64,000 nt of DNA from a virus. Under the pieces are notes generated by a model. That model searched no databases, was not told the DNA's origin, and was given only the letters and a program-made list of their open reading frames with translations. This document shows positions 26,866 through 35,827 of the stretch, in pieces (positions within the stretch are counted from its first letter, which is position 1; each line of letters begins with the position of its first letter). The position numbers were made by a program, and so were the translations under genes. The stretch covers positions 1-64,000 of the IMG/VR virus record IMGVR_UViG_3300028920_000043; one strand, given 5' to 3'.

Positions 26866-29295
26866 CTATTTCTTCGTCTTTACGATTCTATTATCTTTCC
26901 ATTCAGCAATCTTATCTCCCCAGTTCCGCATAATCTCAATATCAATCTCTAACGGAACTATCAACCAAGGAAATTCGAACTGCTCCATCTCTTCCTTCAG
27001 CATTTTACAACACCACTTCACTTCGTTTTTTGGCACATCCAATACCACCGAATCGTGAATAGTAAATACTAATCGTGATTTCTTTTTCTCTTTCTGTATT
27101 CGTAATATAATTCTATCTAGAGCCATCAATGTAATATCAGATGCTGTTGACTGAATTACATGATTAACTGCCATCCGTTGAGCCTCTGCTCGTTTGAACT
27201 TATTATCTGATCTAATATCAGGCAAGCGCCGTCTGCGTCCGAATAAACTGGAAACATAAATCTTCTCTTTAACTGTCCTATGAATACGTCCGATATATCT
27301 TTTTACTCCTGCATAACGCACAAAGTAATCTCGTCTGAATTGCTCAGCGCGGTCCACTGATATCTTAAGACTCTGGGCTAATCCTCTTGCCTGCCGTCCA
27401 TAGTTTAATCCGAAACTGACCGCGCCCTTCGCTTCCTGTCTCTGATCTTTTGTTACTTCATCATACTCAACGTTGAACATAGCCGCCGCGGCCATTCTAT
27501 GAGCATCCAAGCCCTCTTTATAGATCTTAATCAATCTCTCATCCTTCGCGGCGCATGCCATTATCCTCAACTCCAATTGAGAATAATCAGCATTGATTAT
27601 GTAGTTCCCTTCACGCGGCCGCACCATCCTCTTGATTTCTTTGTCTCGCGGAAAGTTCTGACTGTTCGGCTTCTCCGAGGACAGCCTACCCGTTACTGTC
27701 TTGCATAAGTTATAAGTGGTATGGACTCTACCATCCTCACCACGCCAATCAAGTGCTGGCCCTATATAGGTCGAAAGCATTTTATTTACTTTCGATAATT
27801 TTATAAGAAGTGTAATTAGTTTTGGATATTTATTCTGAAATAATTTTAATGCCTCAACTGATGTTGAAGGCAATCCAGAATCCGTTCTGTGCTCTGGAGA
27901 CTCAGGACACTTCAGTTCCTTATAAATCAAATAGCGCACTTGCTGATCCGAGTCAGGATTAAAGCGCTTCTTGAAATGCATTCCAGTTCTTTTAACCGGA
28001 TCCAAATGCCACAGCATGGACTGTGCTCTCTTCTGAGCTAACGAATACTTTCTAGTTAATCTTGAAATGTGATCCACGTCCAATTCAATGCCAGTCAGTT
28101 CCATGAATCCCAATGCTCTACTTGCCGGCATCAATATGTCACTCATTACTCTGAAGAACTTCTTGTCCACAGACAATGCCTTAAGCTCTAGTTCCAGTAT
28201 CCGAAATGTAGCATCAACATCTGCACAGTTATAACAAAGTAATTTATCTTCAGGTACCGAATCCAATCGGTCCTTATAGGGCTGGAGCTCCTCATCATAA
28301 TTTCCCATATCCGTATATAGTCGCGCTAACTGTTTCAAGCTAGGCATTGCATAAGTCTCATCCATCAAGTAATGCCCAAGCTGTGTATCCCATTGACAAT
28401 ATCCAACCGTCACTCCAAACTTGAAAAGATACTTACAATCGAACTGCGCGTTATGCCCTACCAACTTTCCTTTTCGTTTCTTAAAAAATAAATTCAACCA
28501 GCGAAGTCTTTTCTTGTAGGACAAAGCGCCGATAGTTGATTTCTTCAATAAGAATCCTGTGCCTGTTCTGGATTTCGTGGAAAATGCAATAGATAATAAT
28601 CTGGCTCTGCTTGCAAGGGGATCCAATCCTACAGTTTCTATGTCAAACGTTATCCAATTCTCTTTCCTTACCAATTGAACTAAGAAACGTTTTACTTCCG
28701 CATCGGATTCTAATATAGTATAGTTTCTCTTTCCCTGTGTCGCTTGTCCTTTTCCTGTTTGTAAGTAACGCTTCACCAACTTCAAATCTTTTATTACTGA
28801 ATCCTTAGCAGACGCATTATACAAAAGATATGCCGGATGAAATGTTGCAAATAATTTAGCGCCTTCAAACGTTCCGAGATCCTCCAATCGTTGTTTTGAA
28901 ATCCCAGTACGGCCTGTCAGTGCTTGTAAAGGAGTGTCTCCTAGCATCACTACCACTTTCGGTTTATAATCTCTGATTTCTTTTTTCAATCTGTCGAGAC
29001 ACGCCTTGATTTCTTTTTGCTTTGGTTTTCTATTATTCTCTGGTCTGCATGCCACCGCATTTGTAATATAGATCTTGGAAAGATTGAACTTCAGTTCCTT
29101 TATTAATTTTTTCAACATGTTTCCTGCGTCACCGATGAATACCTTTCCTTTAATGTCCTCATTCTTTCCCGGAGCTTCCCCCACAAACATGATGTCTGGA
29201 TGATCCGTGCATCCGCGTCCTTGAATATTAGGAGTCTTACACGTCTTATATAAATCGCACTTCATACAATCTGATCTAACATCTATGAATGGCAC
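26866..29295 (-). CDS. Family A DNA polymerase with N-terminal family-4 uracil-DNA glycosylase domain and 3'-5' exonuclease
   Basis: UDG: CxxC..C, GEAPG, C-RP-NR-P, FHPAYLL. Exo: FDIET, GHNAQFD, YNCADV. Pol: TGRLSS..PN.QN, DYSQLELR, HDS. Confidence 0.95.
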   Translation of the reverse strand: MPFIDVRSDCMKCDLYKTCKTPNIQGRGCTDHPDIMFVGEAPGKNEDIKGKVFIGDAGNMLKKLIKELKFNLSKIYITNAVACRPENNRKPKQKEIKACLDRLKKEIRDYKPKVVVMLGDTPLQALTGRTGISKQRLEDLGTFEGAKLFATFHPAYLLYNASAKDSVIKDLKLVKRYLQTGKGQATQGKRNYTILESDAEVKRFLVQLVRKENWITFDIETVGLDPLASRARLLSIAFSTKSRTGTGFLLKKSTIGALSYKKRLRWLNLFFKKRKGKLVGHNAQFDCKYLFKFGVTVGYCQWDTQLGHYLMDETYAMPSLKQLARLYTDMGNYDEELQPYKDRLDSVPEDKLLCYNCADVDATFRILELELKALSVDKKFFRVMSDILMPASRALGFMELTGIELDVDHISRLTRKYSLAQKRAQSMLWHLDPVKRTGMHFKKRFNPDSDQQVRYLIYKELKCPESPEHRTDSGLPSTSVEALKLFQNKYPKLITLLIKLSKVNKMLSTYIGPALDWRGEDGRVHTTYNLCKTVTGRLSSEKPNSQNFPRDKEIKRMVRPREGNYIINADYSQLELRIMACAAKDERLIKIYKEGLDAHRMAAAAMFNVEYDEVTKDQRQEAKGAVSFGLNYGRQARGLAQSLKISVDRAEQFRRDYFVRYAGVKRYIGRIHRTVKEKIYVSSLFGRRRRLPDIRSDNKFKRAEAQRMAVNHVIQSTASDITLMALDRIILRIQKEKKKSRLVFTIHDSVVLDVPKNEVKWCCKMLKEEMEQFEFPWLIVPLEIDIEIMRNWGDKIAEWKDNRIVKTKK

Positions 29296-29314
29296 TTACT
29301 GTCTCCTTCGGATA

Positions 29315-29360
29315 GAGCTAGTTGGTTAGCTTTCATGCGTGAAAGCTTTTGAACTAGTTC
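29315..29360. repeat. Dispersed palindrome, copy 5 (core 29330-29345)
   Basis: CTAGTTGGTTAG-CTTTCATGCGTGAAAG-CTTTTGAACTAG. Confidence 0.9.
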
Positions 29361-30219
29361 ATTTCGTAGATTGCTTGATCTTTGCAAAGCACGCGAGCAA
29401 TTGAAGCAGTCGATTTGTTCCCAAACTCATTCTATAATCTGCTTCCGCAACATGAATAAGCATCTTTGGATTCTTGAGCGTCAGCACTTCCCTGTGTAAC
29501 TGATTCAAAATCAAATCCGGATCGCTCGCGTTCTTATACACGAAGGATTGGAACGCGGCAAACGTCATCTTCAATAACTCCTTGTCCGACTCCACGTCTT
29601 TATTGTACCCGGACTCGACCAGATTGAGGGCTCTGCGTAAACTGCCGTTTGCTTTTTTCGCAATTCGCTTTACTTGATCCTTCGCAATTCGTTTTTCTAG
29701 ATTTGGATTCACCCTCTTCCACAAATACACAGCGATGTCTCGCTCAGCCAGATCTTCAAAATGGAACTGAGCGCATCGGTCACGGATCGGTGGTATGATC
29801 TTCTCCAGATAATTCGTTGACAGAATGAAGCGGCACGTTTCATAATAGTCTTCCATGACTCGCCGCATTGCTGTCTGTGCGTCTCGTGTCAACGCTTCGA
29901 CTTCATCCAGGAAGATGATCTTCGGTTTGTCGCTGCCCACCGTTCTCGCCTTCGCGCGCTGTTGCACCAGTCCCCGAATAACATCAATGCCGCGGTCACT
30001 GGATGCGTTCATATCATAGAAGTTCGATTTGTAATTCTCTCCGAATATCGTTCTGCCTATGATATGCGCTACCGTTGTTTTCCCAACACCAGGACTTCCA
30101 TAGAAAAGTAGATTGGGAATTTCTCCCTTCTTCTTTATCATCAATCGTATTTTCTTAATGATGTCCTGATGACCCCCGACCTCATCAAATGTCTTGGGTC
30201 TAAATTCCTCTGTAAGCAT
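29359..30219 (-). CDS. Replication factor C small-subunit-like clamp loader
   Basis: EEFRPKTFDEV, PNLLFYGSPGVGKTT, NASSDRGIDVIR, LDEVEALT.DAQ, CRFIL..NY..KII.PIRDRC. Confidence 0.93.
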   Translation of the reverse strand: MLTEEFRPKTFDEVGGHQDIIKKIRLMIKKKGEIPNLLFYGSPGVGKTTVAHIIGRTIFGENYKSNFYDMNASSDRGIDVIRGLVQQRAKARTVGSDKPKIIFLDEVEALTRDAQTAMRRVMEDYYETCRFILSTNYLEKIIPPIRDRCAQFHFEDLAERDIAVYLWKRVNPNLEKRIAKDQVKRIAKKANGSLRRALNLVESGYNKDVESDKELLKMTFAAFQSFVYKNASDPDLILNQLHREVLTLKNPKMLIHVAEADYRMSLGTNRLLQLLACFAKIKQSTK

Positions 30220-30773
30220 TTTAACCCCTTTCCTATCCTGTACTGGTATCGTATAAAGCCACGCGCCGGTATTGGGCGTACTCCAAATGCCAAGAACTCA
30301 TAAAACCATTCCGGTGACTTCTTATGAAGAATCTTCTCATCCAAATACATCAGAAGATTTTCATTTCGTATCTTATCGATGTTTGACGCCATCCAATTAA
30401 ATAAAAGCAATGGTGGTGGTTTCTTGTCAAGTAAATATTTAAGAACTGACTGCCTATCTTTGCTTTTGAATACTGTATTCAAACACTCAAATATATCTAC
30501 TGACTCTCCCCACTTATTATGCTCCATTACTGAAATGCTTTTTGGAAGACGTTTCAGCTTCTCACGATTCCGCACAAGCAAGACAACATTCATCTGCGCG
30601 TTCTCAATGATCCACTTGATGTCCTTGGCATTTATTTTCAGGTCATCACAATCTACAAACCATCCTTTTACTTCTATGATGGAACGCAGACGAAAGACAT
30701 CCTTCCGGAATGCCGAAAGACGTTTGAATCCCTCCGGCATTTTATGATCACCCACTATTATCTTTACGCTCAT
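30141..30773 (-). CDS. Putative clamp-loader accessory subunit (degenerate RFC-large/gp62-like)
   Basis: Lies between clamp and RFC-small; DIFECL..VF..KDR and P.LLFNW..SN recall the RFC-large collar; no Walker A. Confidence 0.5.
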   Translation of the reverse strand: MSVKIIVGDHKMPEGFKRLSAFRKDVFRLRSIIEVKGWFVDCDDLKINAKDIKWIIENAQMNVVLLVRNREKLKRLPKSISVMEHNKWGESVDIFECLNTVFKSKDRQSVLKYLLDKKPPPLLLFNWMASNIDKIRNENLLMYLDEKILHKKSPEWFYEFLAFGVRPIPARGFIRYQYRIGKGLKCLQRNLDPRHLMRSGVIRTSLRKYD

Positions 30774-31582
30774 TCCCAAGGCCTCTTCACTGGCTCATTG
30801 ACAATATAGACAAATCTGCATATCCCATCCTGTCCCTTGATATGCATTGCCGTTCTATTGAGAAATCGAATCTCAACCGACTCACCACTTATGCATCCCA
30901 AAGTTTCTGCCAGACCAAACTCATAGTATGAATCTGTGTCTGAGCATTGAAGCTTTCCAAATAACTGAGTGATGGTGTCATTATCCCTTCTGATCACCAC
31001 GCTCAACTTTCCTTTCGATTCAAGGAAATGAAACGACTGCTTGCCGATTGCATCCGAGTCGCTTATCAATGCCTTCATGCTGGAAACCGGAATGATCAGC
31101 TTGTCTGATTTCTTGAAATTCAACTCCCCTACCTTTTTAGTTTTCAGAATAAGGGGCTCATACTGCAAGGGTGCCGCGGCTATATGACTATCAATCTGGT
31201 CTTCTTTGTTGATAGTCAAATCTGCACGCTTGCCCTTCTGCCCTATGGACAAACGAGAGCCGCTTAGTTTCAAATAAACCTTTCCTTCAAATCTATCCAG
31301 TATCTTTTGCAGATAATCGATTCCCGGAACAGGAATATGACCATCGCCGACCGTCTCCGCTTTTAGTGAGACATTAAACACCACAACTCCCTGAACACAA
31401 ATACCGAACGTGCTCAGCATACCCTCCCCGATATGCAATAAGCAATCCGATATGACACCAGAGACCGAGATCTTGCTGAAGAACTTTTTGAGATCAGCAA
31501 CATCTGCTGTTGCCTTAAGCTCTTCGCGTGCCGATGTGGTTTTCTTTTTTACAACCTTCTTCTTTGTTTTCTTTTTGACCAT
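30770..31582 (-). CDS. PCNA-like sliding clamp with Lys-rich N-terminal arm
   Basis: About 250-aa two-domain core; LKKFFSKIS..ISDC.L.I.EG.L and GIDYLQKIL resemble PCNA; adjacent to the loader. Confidence 0.68.
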   Translation of the reverse strand: MVKKKTKKKVVKKKTTSAREELKATADVADLKKFFSKISVSGVISDCLLHIGEGMLSTFGICVQGVVVFNVSLKAETVGDGHIPVPGIDYLQKILDRFEGKVYLKLSGSRLSIGQKGKRADLTINKEDQIDSHIAAAPLQYEPLILKTKKVGELNFKKSDKLIIPVSSMKALISDSDAIGKQSFHFLESKGKLSVVIRRDNDTITQLFGKLQCSDTDSYYEFGLAETLGCISGESVEIRFLNRTAMHIKGQDGICRFVYIVNEPVKRPWE

Positions 31583-31596
31583 TACCTTCAATCCTC

Positions 31597-32493
31597 CTAA
31601 ACAAAACTTCTATAGGTTGTCGGTTCCCATTTCCATAAGCGCTCAAATTCCAAAAAGAATATTGTATTGAACTCGCATCTCATATAATAATTGACACGAA
31701 GTTCCTCAAACGGATAGCGCTCAGGATCATCAAAATATTGTTGACCCCAATCCTGTAAACGCTTCTTTATTACTTTCTGAACTTTCAATGGAAGTTTCTT
31801 TATGTATGTCTTCTCATGCTCTCTCCTTTCCGATACTATCAACCGTGTAGGTATGTTCCTAAACCAAGGACTGTAACATTCAGGAAATGTTTTCTTATCC
31901 ATGATAATAGTTCCCATCGCTGACGCTATTGTCCACGTTGTAGAATCAACTGAGAACCATGGATACTTTTTCATCAGCTCTTGAGACGTCATTCCAAATC
32001 CATGAATCCGAATGCCTTTTTCTTGAGTGATCCTAAATGCCTTGTCTAATCTTCCTATGGTTATTCGTTCCGGAACTTCGTTCTTTGCAAGACCACCAAA
32101 TCCAATATAATCATATCCGGCATCCACATACTTTTGTAAAATATCTAAATCCTCAAACGGAGGATGCCAAACGGGTAAAGGCATCAATCCTTTCTTCTCC
32201 ATGTACCGTTGATTCTTCCACGTCCCTTCTGGAGATCCGATAACATCGAGATTAACATATGTACCAATCTTATTCTTATACTCTTTTATGAACTCAATAT
32301 ACTCATCGAGATTCACTTCTTTACCACGAGTATAAGCAGAGAACGCTCCTGAGTCCAAGAAGATTTTCTTTCTCTTCTTCTTGAAGTATTTAAGAAGCTT
32401 TTTCTTCTCCAGGAAATTCTCAAGACCATTTGCATCCAAAAATCCAAGATCCTGAGACTCCCTGTGCATGGTTGCGGCAAGATAAATAATCAC
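31597..32493 (-). CDS. dpdA: DpdA-like DNA 7-deazaguanine transglycosylase (TGT fold)
   Basis: FLDSGAFS, NLDVIG, PVWH, IGFGGL, IHGFG, SVDSTTW; inside the que operon. Confidence 0.75.
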   Translation of the reverse strand: MIIYLAATMHRESQDLGFLDANGLENFLEKKKLLKYFKKKRKKIFLDSGAFSAYTRGKEVNLDEYIEFIKEYKNKIGTYVNLDVIGSPEGTWKNQRYMEKKGLMPLPVWHPPFEDLDILQKYVDAGYDYIGFGGLAKNEVPERITIGRLDKAFRITQEKGIRIHGFGMTSQELMKKYPWFSVDSTTWTIASAMGTIIMDKKTFPECYSPWFRNIPTRLIVSERREHEKTYIKKLPLKVQKVIKKRLQDWGQQYFDDPERYPFEELRVNYYMRCEFNTIFFLEFERLWKWEPTTYRSFV

Positions 32494-32498
32494 AATTA

Positions 32499-33122
32499 CT
32501 ATTCTCCCTTCTTCTTGCTCTCCCGGTACTCATTCATTACCTGGCAATTGTTGCACTCGCCGCAGGGCTTTCCTTTGACAGGGAAGAAGCAATTGAAAAT
32601 ATCATCCAGCGTGATTCCGTTCAACTCAAGCTCTTCGAATACCTCATTCTTCTTCATCTTGTCATGCCGGTTCTCCGCGAGCGGCACTCTGACTTTGACA
32701 TTGTGAATATTCAGGTAGTCCACAAGCCCTTGCATCATCTGATAGAATATCAGAGTGCTGTCGGTGTAACTGTATGGGTCTTCCTCAACGTATCCGATTC
32801 CTTTTGATCCGGAACACACTTCACCAGCATCGATGCTCGCCGCGTAGTTCAGTGCCAATGTGGTTATCAGCACGTTCCGAAAAGGAATGAATACCTTTCC
32901 CCTATCGAATTTCAAACCATCGACCTTGACCACGTGAGGAGGTGCCAACATCAAGAGATTTGAGATATGCTCGCAAGCATGAATCTCCTCAGCGATATAC
33001 GGCTGACCATAATTGACAAAGCAAGGGTATACTACCTTGCCCTCCTTCTTCAGCCGCAATGCCACCAACGCACTGTCTGCGCCTCCTGACAACTCCACTA
33101 CCGACTTGAACTTCTTTTCCAT
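32499..33122 (-). CDS. queC: 7-cyano-7-deazaguanine synthase
   Basis: SGGADS, NYGQ, IPFRN, C-terminal C..PCGECNNC. Confidence 0.88.
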   Translation of the reverse strand: MEKKFKSVVELSGGADSALVALRLKKEGKVVYPCFVNYGQPYIAEEIHACEHISNLLMLAPPHVVKVDGLKFDRGKVFIPFRNVLITTLALNYAASIDAGEVCSGSKGIGYVEEDPYSYTDSTLIFYQMMQGLVDYLNIHNVKVRVPLAENRHDKMKKNEVFEELELNGITLDDIFNCFFPVKGKPCGECNNCQVMNEYRESKKKGE

Positions 33123-34018
33123 GCCAGCATCTCCTTTGCTAAGGTTTCATAAACTTTCGGATCCGTATAATTATACGTACTGATCTGAAACTTGTCTCCT
33201 AAATAAACATTATAATAGACTGAGTAGTTTCTTGTTTTCAAATACTCAACCAGTTTCTTATCATAATCAAAAGTCAAGATTGGGGCCGGACAATCTCCAT
33301 ACCGTCCCGGCATGAATTGAAAGAAAGAACTATTGGTATCAATGATACTTCTTACTTTTTCAATATCAAAGTGAAGAAGTGATTGCTGCAATGAAAAGAT
33401 CTGAGGGATAAGTGACGTGTTTGGCGTTTGATATTTCTTCGAGTACTCGTAGATGTTACAAAGATCCAATATAGTTCCTTTGTGTCGTACCAATAGGGTT
33501 CCGGCAATGAGATCCTTCTTTATGAAAATAATTCCCATCGTGGGCAAGCCACCCAATATCTTTCCCGAAGATCCAATGATAACATCCGCATTCCAATTTA
33601 TTTCGTAATAGCCTATTCCACTCGCGTAGTCCAAAAGATTCATACCAGATACCAACTCAGGCTCTTTGAACTCGCTCTTAGATGTTTCAAACGGACAGCA
33701 GATAAAACAGTCTCCGAACTCCCAACCGTTATAATCACAATATAAGTCCATAGTCTTATGAAATCTTTTATTGAATTCTCCCCGTTCTTCTTCACTGCGA
33801 AAAGAATTCAACGAAGGACCTATAGACGCGCATACCGTTTCTATTGCTACCGTGGTGCTTCCATTGGCAAACAATATCACAAACTCATCCGGTACCCGTA
33901 ACCGATCCCGTAATAACTCAACCGTGCGCTTGTATAAATCACAGAACTCAGCAGAGCGGTGATGGTAATTGAAAATCTCACCACCATAGAAAGGCCTGTT
34001 CACACCAAGATAAATCAT
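33098..34018 (-). CDS. Class V PLP-dependent aminotransferase-like enzyme
   Basis: HHRS.EF, GSTT.AIE, DYASGIG, SSGKILGG.P..G (PLP lysine), QTPNT. Confidence 0.8.
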   Translation of the reverse strand: MIYLGVNRPFYGGEIFNYHHRSAEFCDLYKRTVELLRDRLRVPDEFVILFANGSTTVAIETVCASIGPSLNSFRSEEERGEFNKRFHKTMDLYCDYNGWEFGDCFICCPFETSKSEFKEPELVSGMNLLDYASGIGYYEINWNADVIIGSSGKILGGLPTMGIIFIKKDLIAGTLLVRHKGTILDLCNIYEYSKKYQTPNTSLIPQIFSLQQSLLHFDIEKVRSIIDTNSSFFQFMPGRYGDCPAPILTFDYDKKLVEYLKTRNYSVYYNVYLGDKFQISTYNYTDPKVYETLAKEMLAWKRSSSR

Positions 34019-34019
34019 C

Positions 34020-34910
34020 TCACTCTCCCACTAATTTCAAAAACTCGTTCCTCACTTGTGGATCGTCCCGAAAGACTCCTGTCATCGAACTGGTTACCAT
34101 CCAGCTATGTTGTTTCTCTACTCCGCGCGCCACCATGCATAAGTGCTGAGCCTTCACAACCACGCCCACTCCCTTTGGTTTCAAAACATCGTTGAGCGCA
34201 TTGGAGATCTGTGTTGTCAATCGTTCTTGTATCTGAAGACGTCTGGAAAAACATTCGACCAATCTCGCCAACTTACTGATCCCCACTACCTTTCCATCCG
34301 GTAGATATCCTATATGAATACTTCCATAGAACGGTAGCATATGATGCTCGCAATTTGAATAAAACTCAATTCCTTTTAATGCTACAATCTCATCATAGTC
34401 ACCACTTTCAGAAAAAACAGTACTGAGAATGTCCTTGGGTCTAATAAAGTACCCCCCATACAATCTATTCCATGATTTCACTACGCGCTTTGGCGTGTCC
34501 TTCAATCCTTCGCGTTCTGGATCTTCACCTATCGCTTGTAGAATTCTTATCACTGCATCCTCTGCTGGTGCTTCGTTCTGTGCGCGCTCCCAGGGAAAGA
34601 CCAACCATTCAGTCTTTCTCGATTCAAACAACGGAAAGAAGTGCGGGAATTGTCTGAAGCGCTTTCGTGTTTCTCCTGTGTCCTTTATGTCATCAATAAT
34701 CGCTACTACATTTGTAGCCTCACCTCCCATATCCACCAGATCATCCAGCAGTGTCCGATGGATCATCTTAGCGATGATTGCCGCTGGTGTTATTCCCCCA
34801 CGCGGCACGCCATAAATATATTTGATCTGATTTCCCATCGCTCGTATCTGTTCGGCTATTCTATCACACTCTTGGAATATTTCTGTCCAGTCAACGTTAT
34901 ACCTGTCCAT
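34020..34910 (-). CDS. folE: Type I phosphoribosyltransferase fused to GTP cyclohydrolase I
   Basis: N-terminal GVPRGG, IIDDIKDTGET, WLVFPWE; C-terminal GEDPEREGLKDTPKRV, CEHHMLPF, GISKLAR, LQIQERLT, HLCM..RGV. Confidence 0.92.
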   Translation of the reverse strand: MDRYNVDWTEIFQECDRIAEQIRAMGNQIKYIYGVPRGGITPAAIIAKMIHRTLLDDLVDMGGEATNVVAIIDDIKDTGETRKRFRQFPHFFPLFESRKTEWLVFPWERAQNEAPAEDAVIRILQAIGEDPEREGLKDTPKRVVKSWNRLYGGYFIRPKDILSTVFSESGDYDEIVALKGIEFYSNCEHHMLPFYGSIHIGYLPDGKVVGISKLARLVECFSRRLQIQERLTTQISNALNDVLKPKGVGVVVKAQHLCMVARGVEKQHSWMVTSSMTGVFRDDPQVRNEFLKLVGE

Positions 34911-35494
34911 TACTGCACTCCTATCATCTTTTGGGTTTGCAGACTCAACCTCCAGTCCGGGTATTCTTTACACAGCTCCACAACCTCCTCAATGTTTTTC
35001 TCTGAGCATGGTTGAAGATAGTGATATACGAACCGACCAAACTTCTTTGGAGTTGCCAAGTCCTTTCGATTCGGAAAGTCCTCGGTGACAACAATCTTAA
35101 TCTCGTCACCATAATCTTGCGCGTACTCTCCGCACTTTGGAGACACCGTGACCCAGGACAACCAATGGCCTATTCCAATGTCATATAGTCGGATTGTTCC
35201 ATTCGTTTCAATCGCTGTCTTCATTCCGTGTTCCAATCGCAATGGTTTGAGAATGTCCGCGTCCAATTGCAATGCAGGCTCACCACCTGTAAAGATAACG
35301 AAGTTACACGGGAAACTACAAATGCGCTCTATGAGCTGTTTGGCATCTGGAGATTCGTTTACCGTGTGGACTGTATCGCAAAAGTCACAGTTCAAATTGC
35401 ATCCGGCGAATCTCACAAAGACTGCGGGGCGTCCTGTATTCGCGCCTTCACCTTGCAACGAATAAAAGATCTCGGTTATATTATAACTCGTCAT
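34910..35494 (-). CDS. queE: 7-carboxy-7-deazaguanine synthase (radical SAM)
   Basis: EIFYSLQGEG..TG, CNLNCDFCDT, TGGEP, IETNGT, VSPK, LSLQTQK. Confidence 0.95.
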   Translation of the reverse strand: MTSYNITEIFYSLQGEGANTGRPAVFVRFAGCNLNCDFCDTVHTVNESPDAKQLIERICSFPCNFVIFTGGEPALQLDADILKPLRLEHGMKTAIETNGTIRLYDIGIGHWLSWVTVSPKCGEYAQDYGDEIKIVVTEDFPNRKDLATPKKFGRFVYHYLQPCSEKNIEEVVELCKEYPDWRLSLQTQKMIGVQ

Positions 35495-35825
35495 TGATCC
35501 AGGTACACTCATTGCCTTCATTCTCCTTTATAAGAACAATAGCGGCCCCCAGTTTTTTGCCAATCGTCACTGCCAGGTTTTCCATTGTCGGATTCTTATC
35601 CTTGAACTCTTCGAGATCATTGAGGTTGACGTGATCGAACCGCTTCAGGTATTCCTTAGCCTCTCTGCAATCAATCACGAAACCATGCTCATCCAGTTCA
35701 TCATCCTGGCATTGGAACGTAACTTCCAGATGATAATTGTGCCCGTGCTGATTCGCGCAAGGTCCAGAATAGTCACGCAAGAAATGCCCGGCACTTATTT
35801 CCTTAGTTACTGTTAAGTTAAACAT
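35481..35825 (-). CDS. queD: 6-carboxytetrahydropterin synthase
   Basis: AGH.L..Y.G.C...HGHNY, FDH..LND, NPT.EN. Confidence 0.93.
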   Translation of the reverse strand: MFNLTVTKEISAGHFLRDYSGPCANQHGHNYHLEVTFQCQDDELDEHGFVIDCREAKEYLKRFDHVNLNDLEEFKDKNPTMENLAVTIGKKLGAAIVLIKENEGNECTWINDEL

Positions 35826-35827
35826 AC

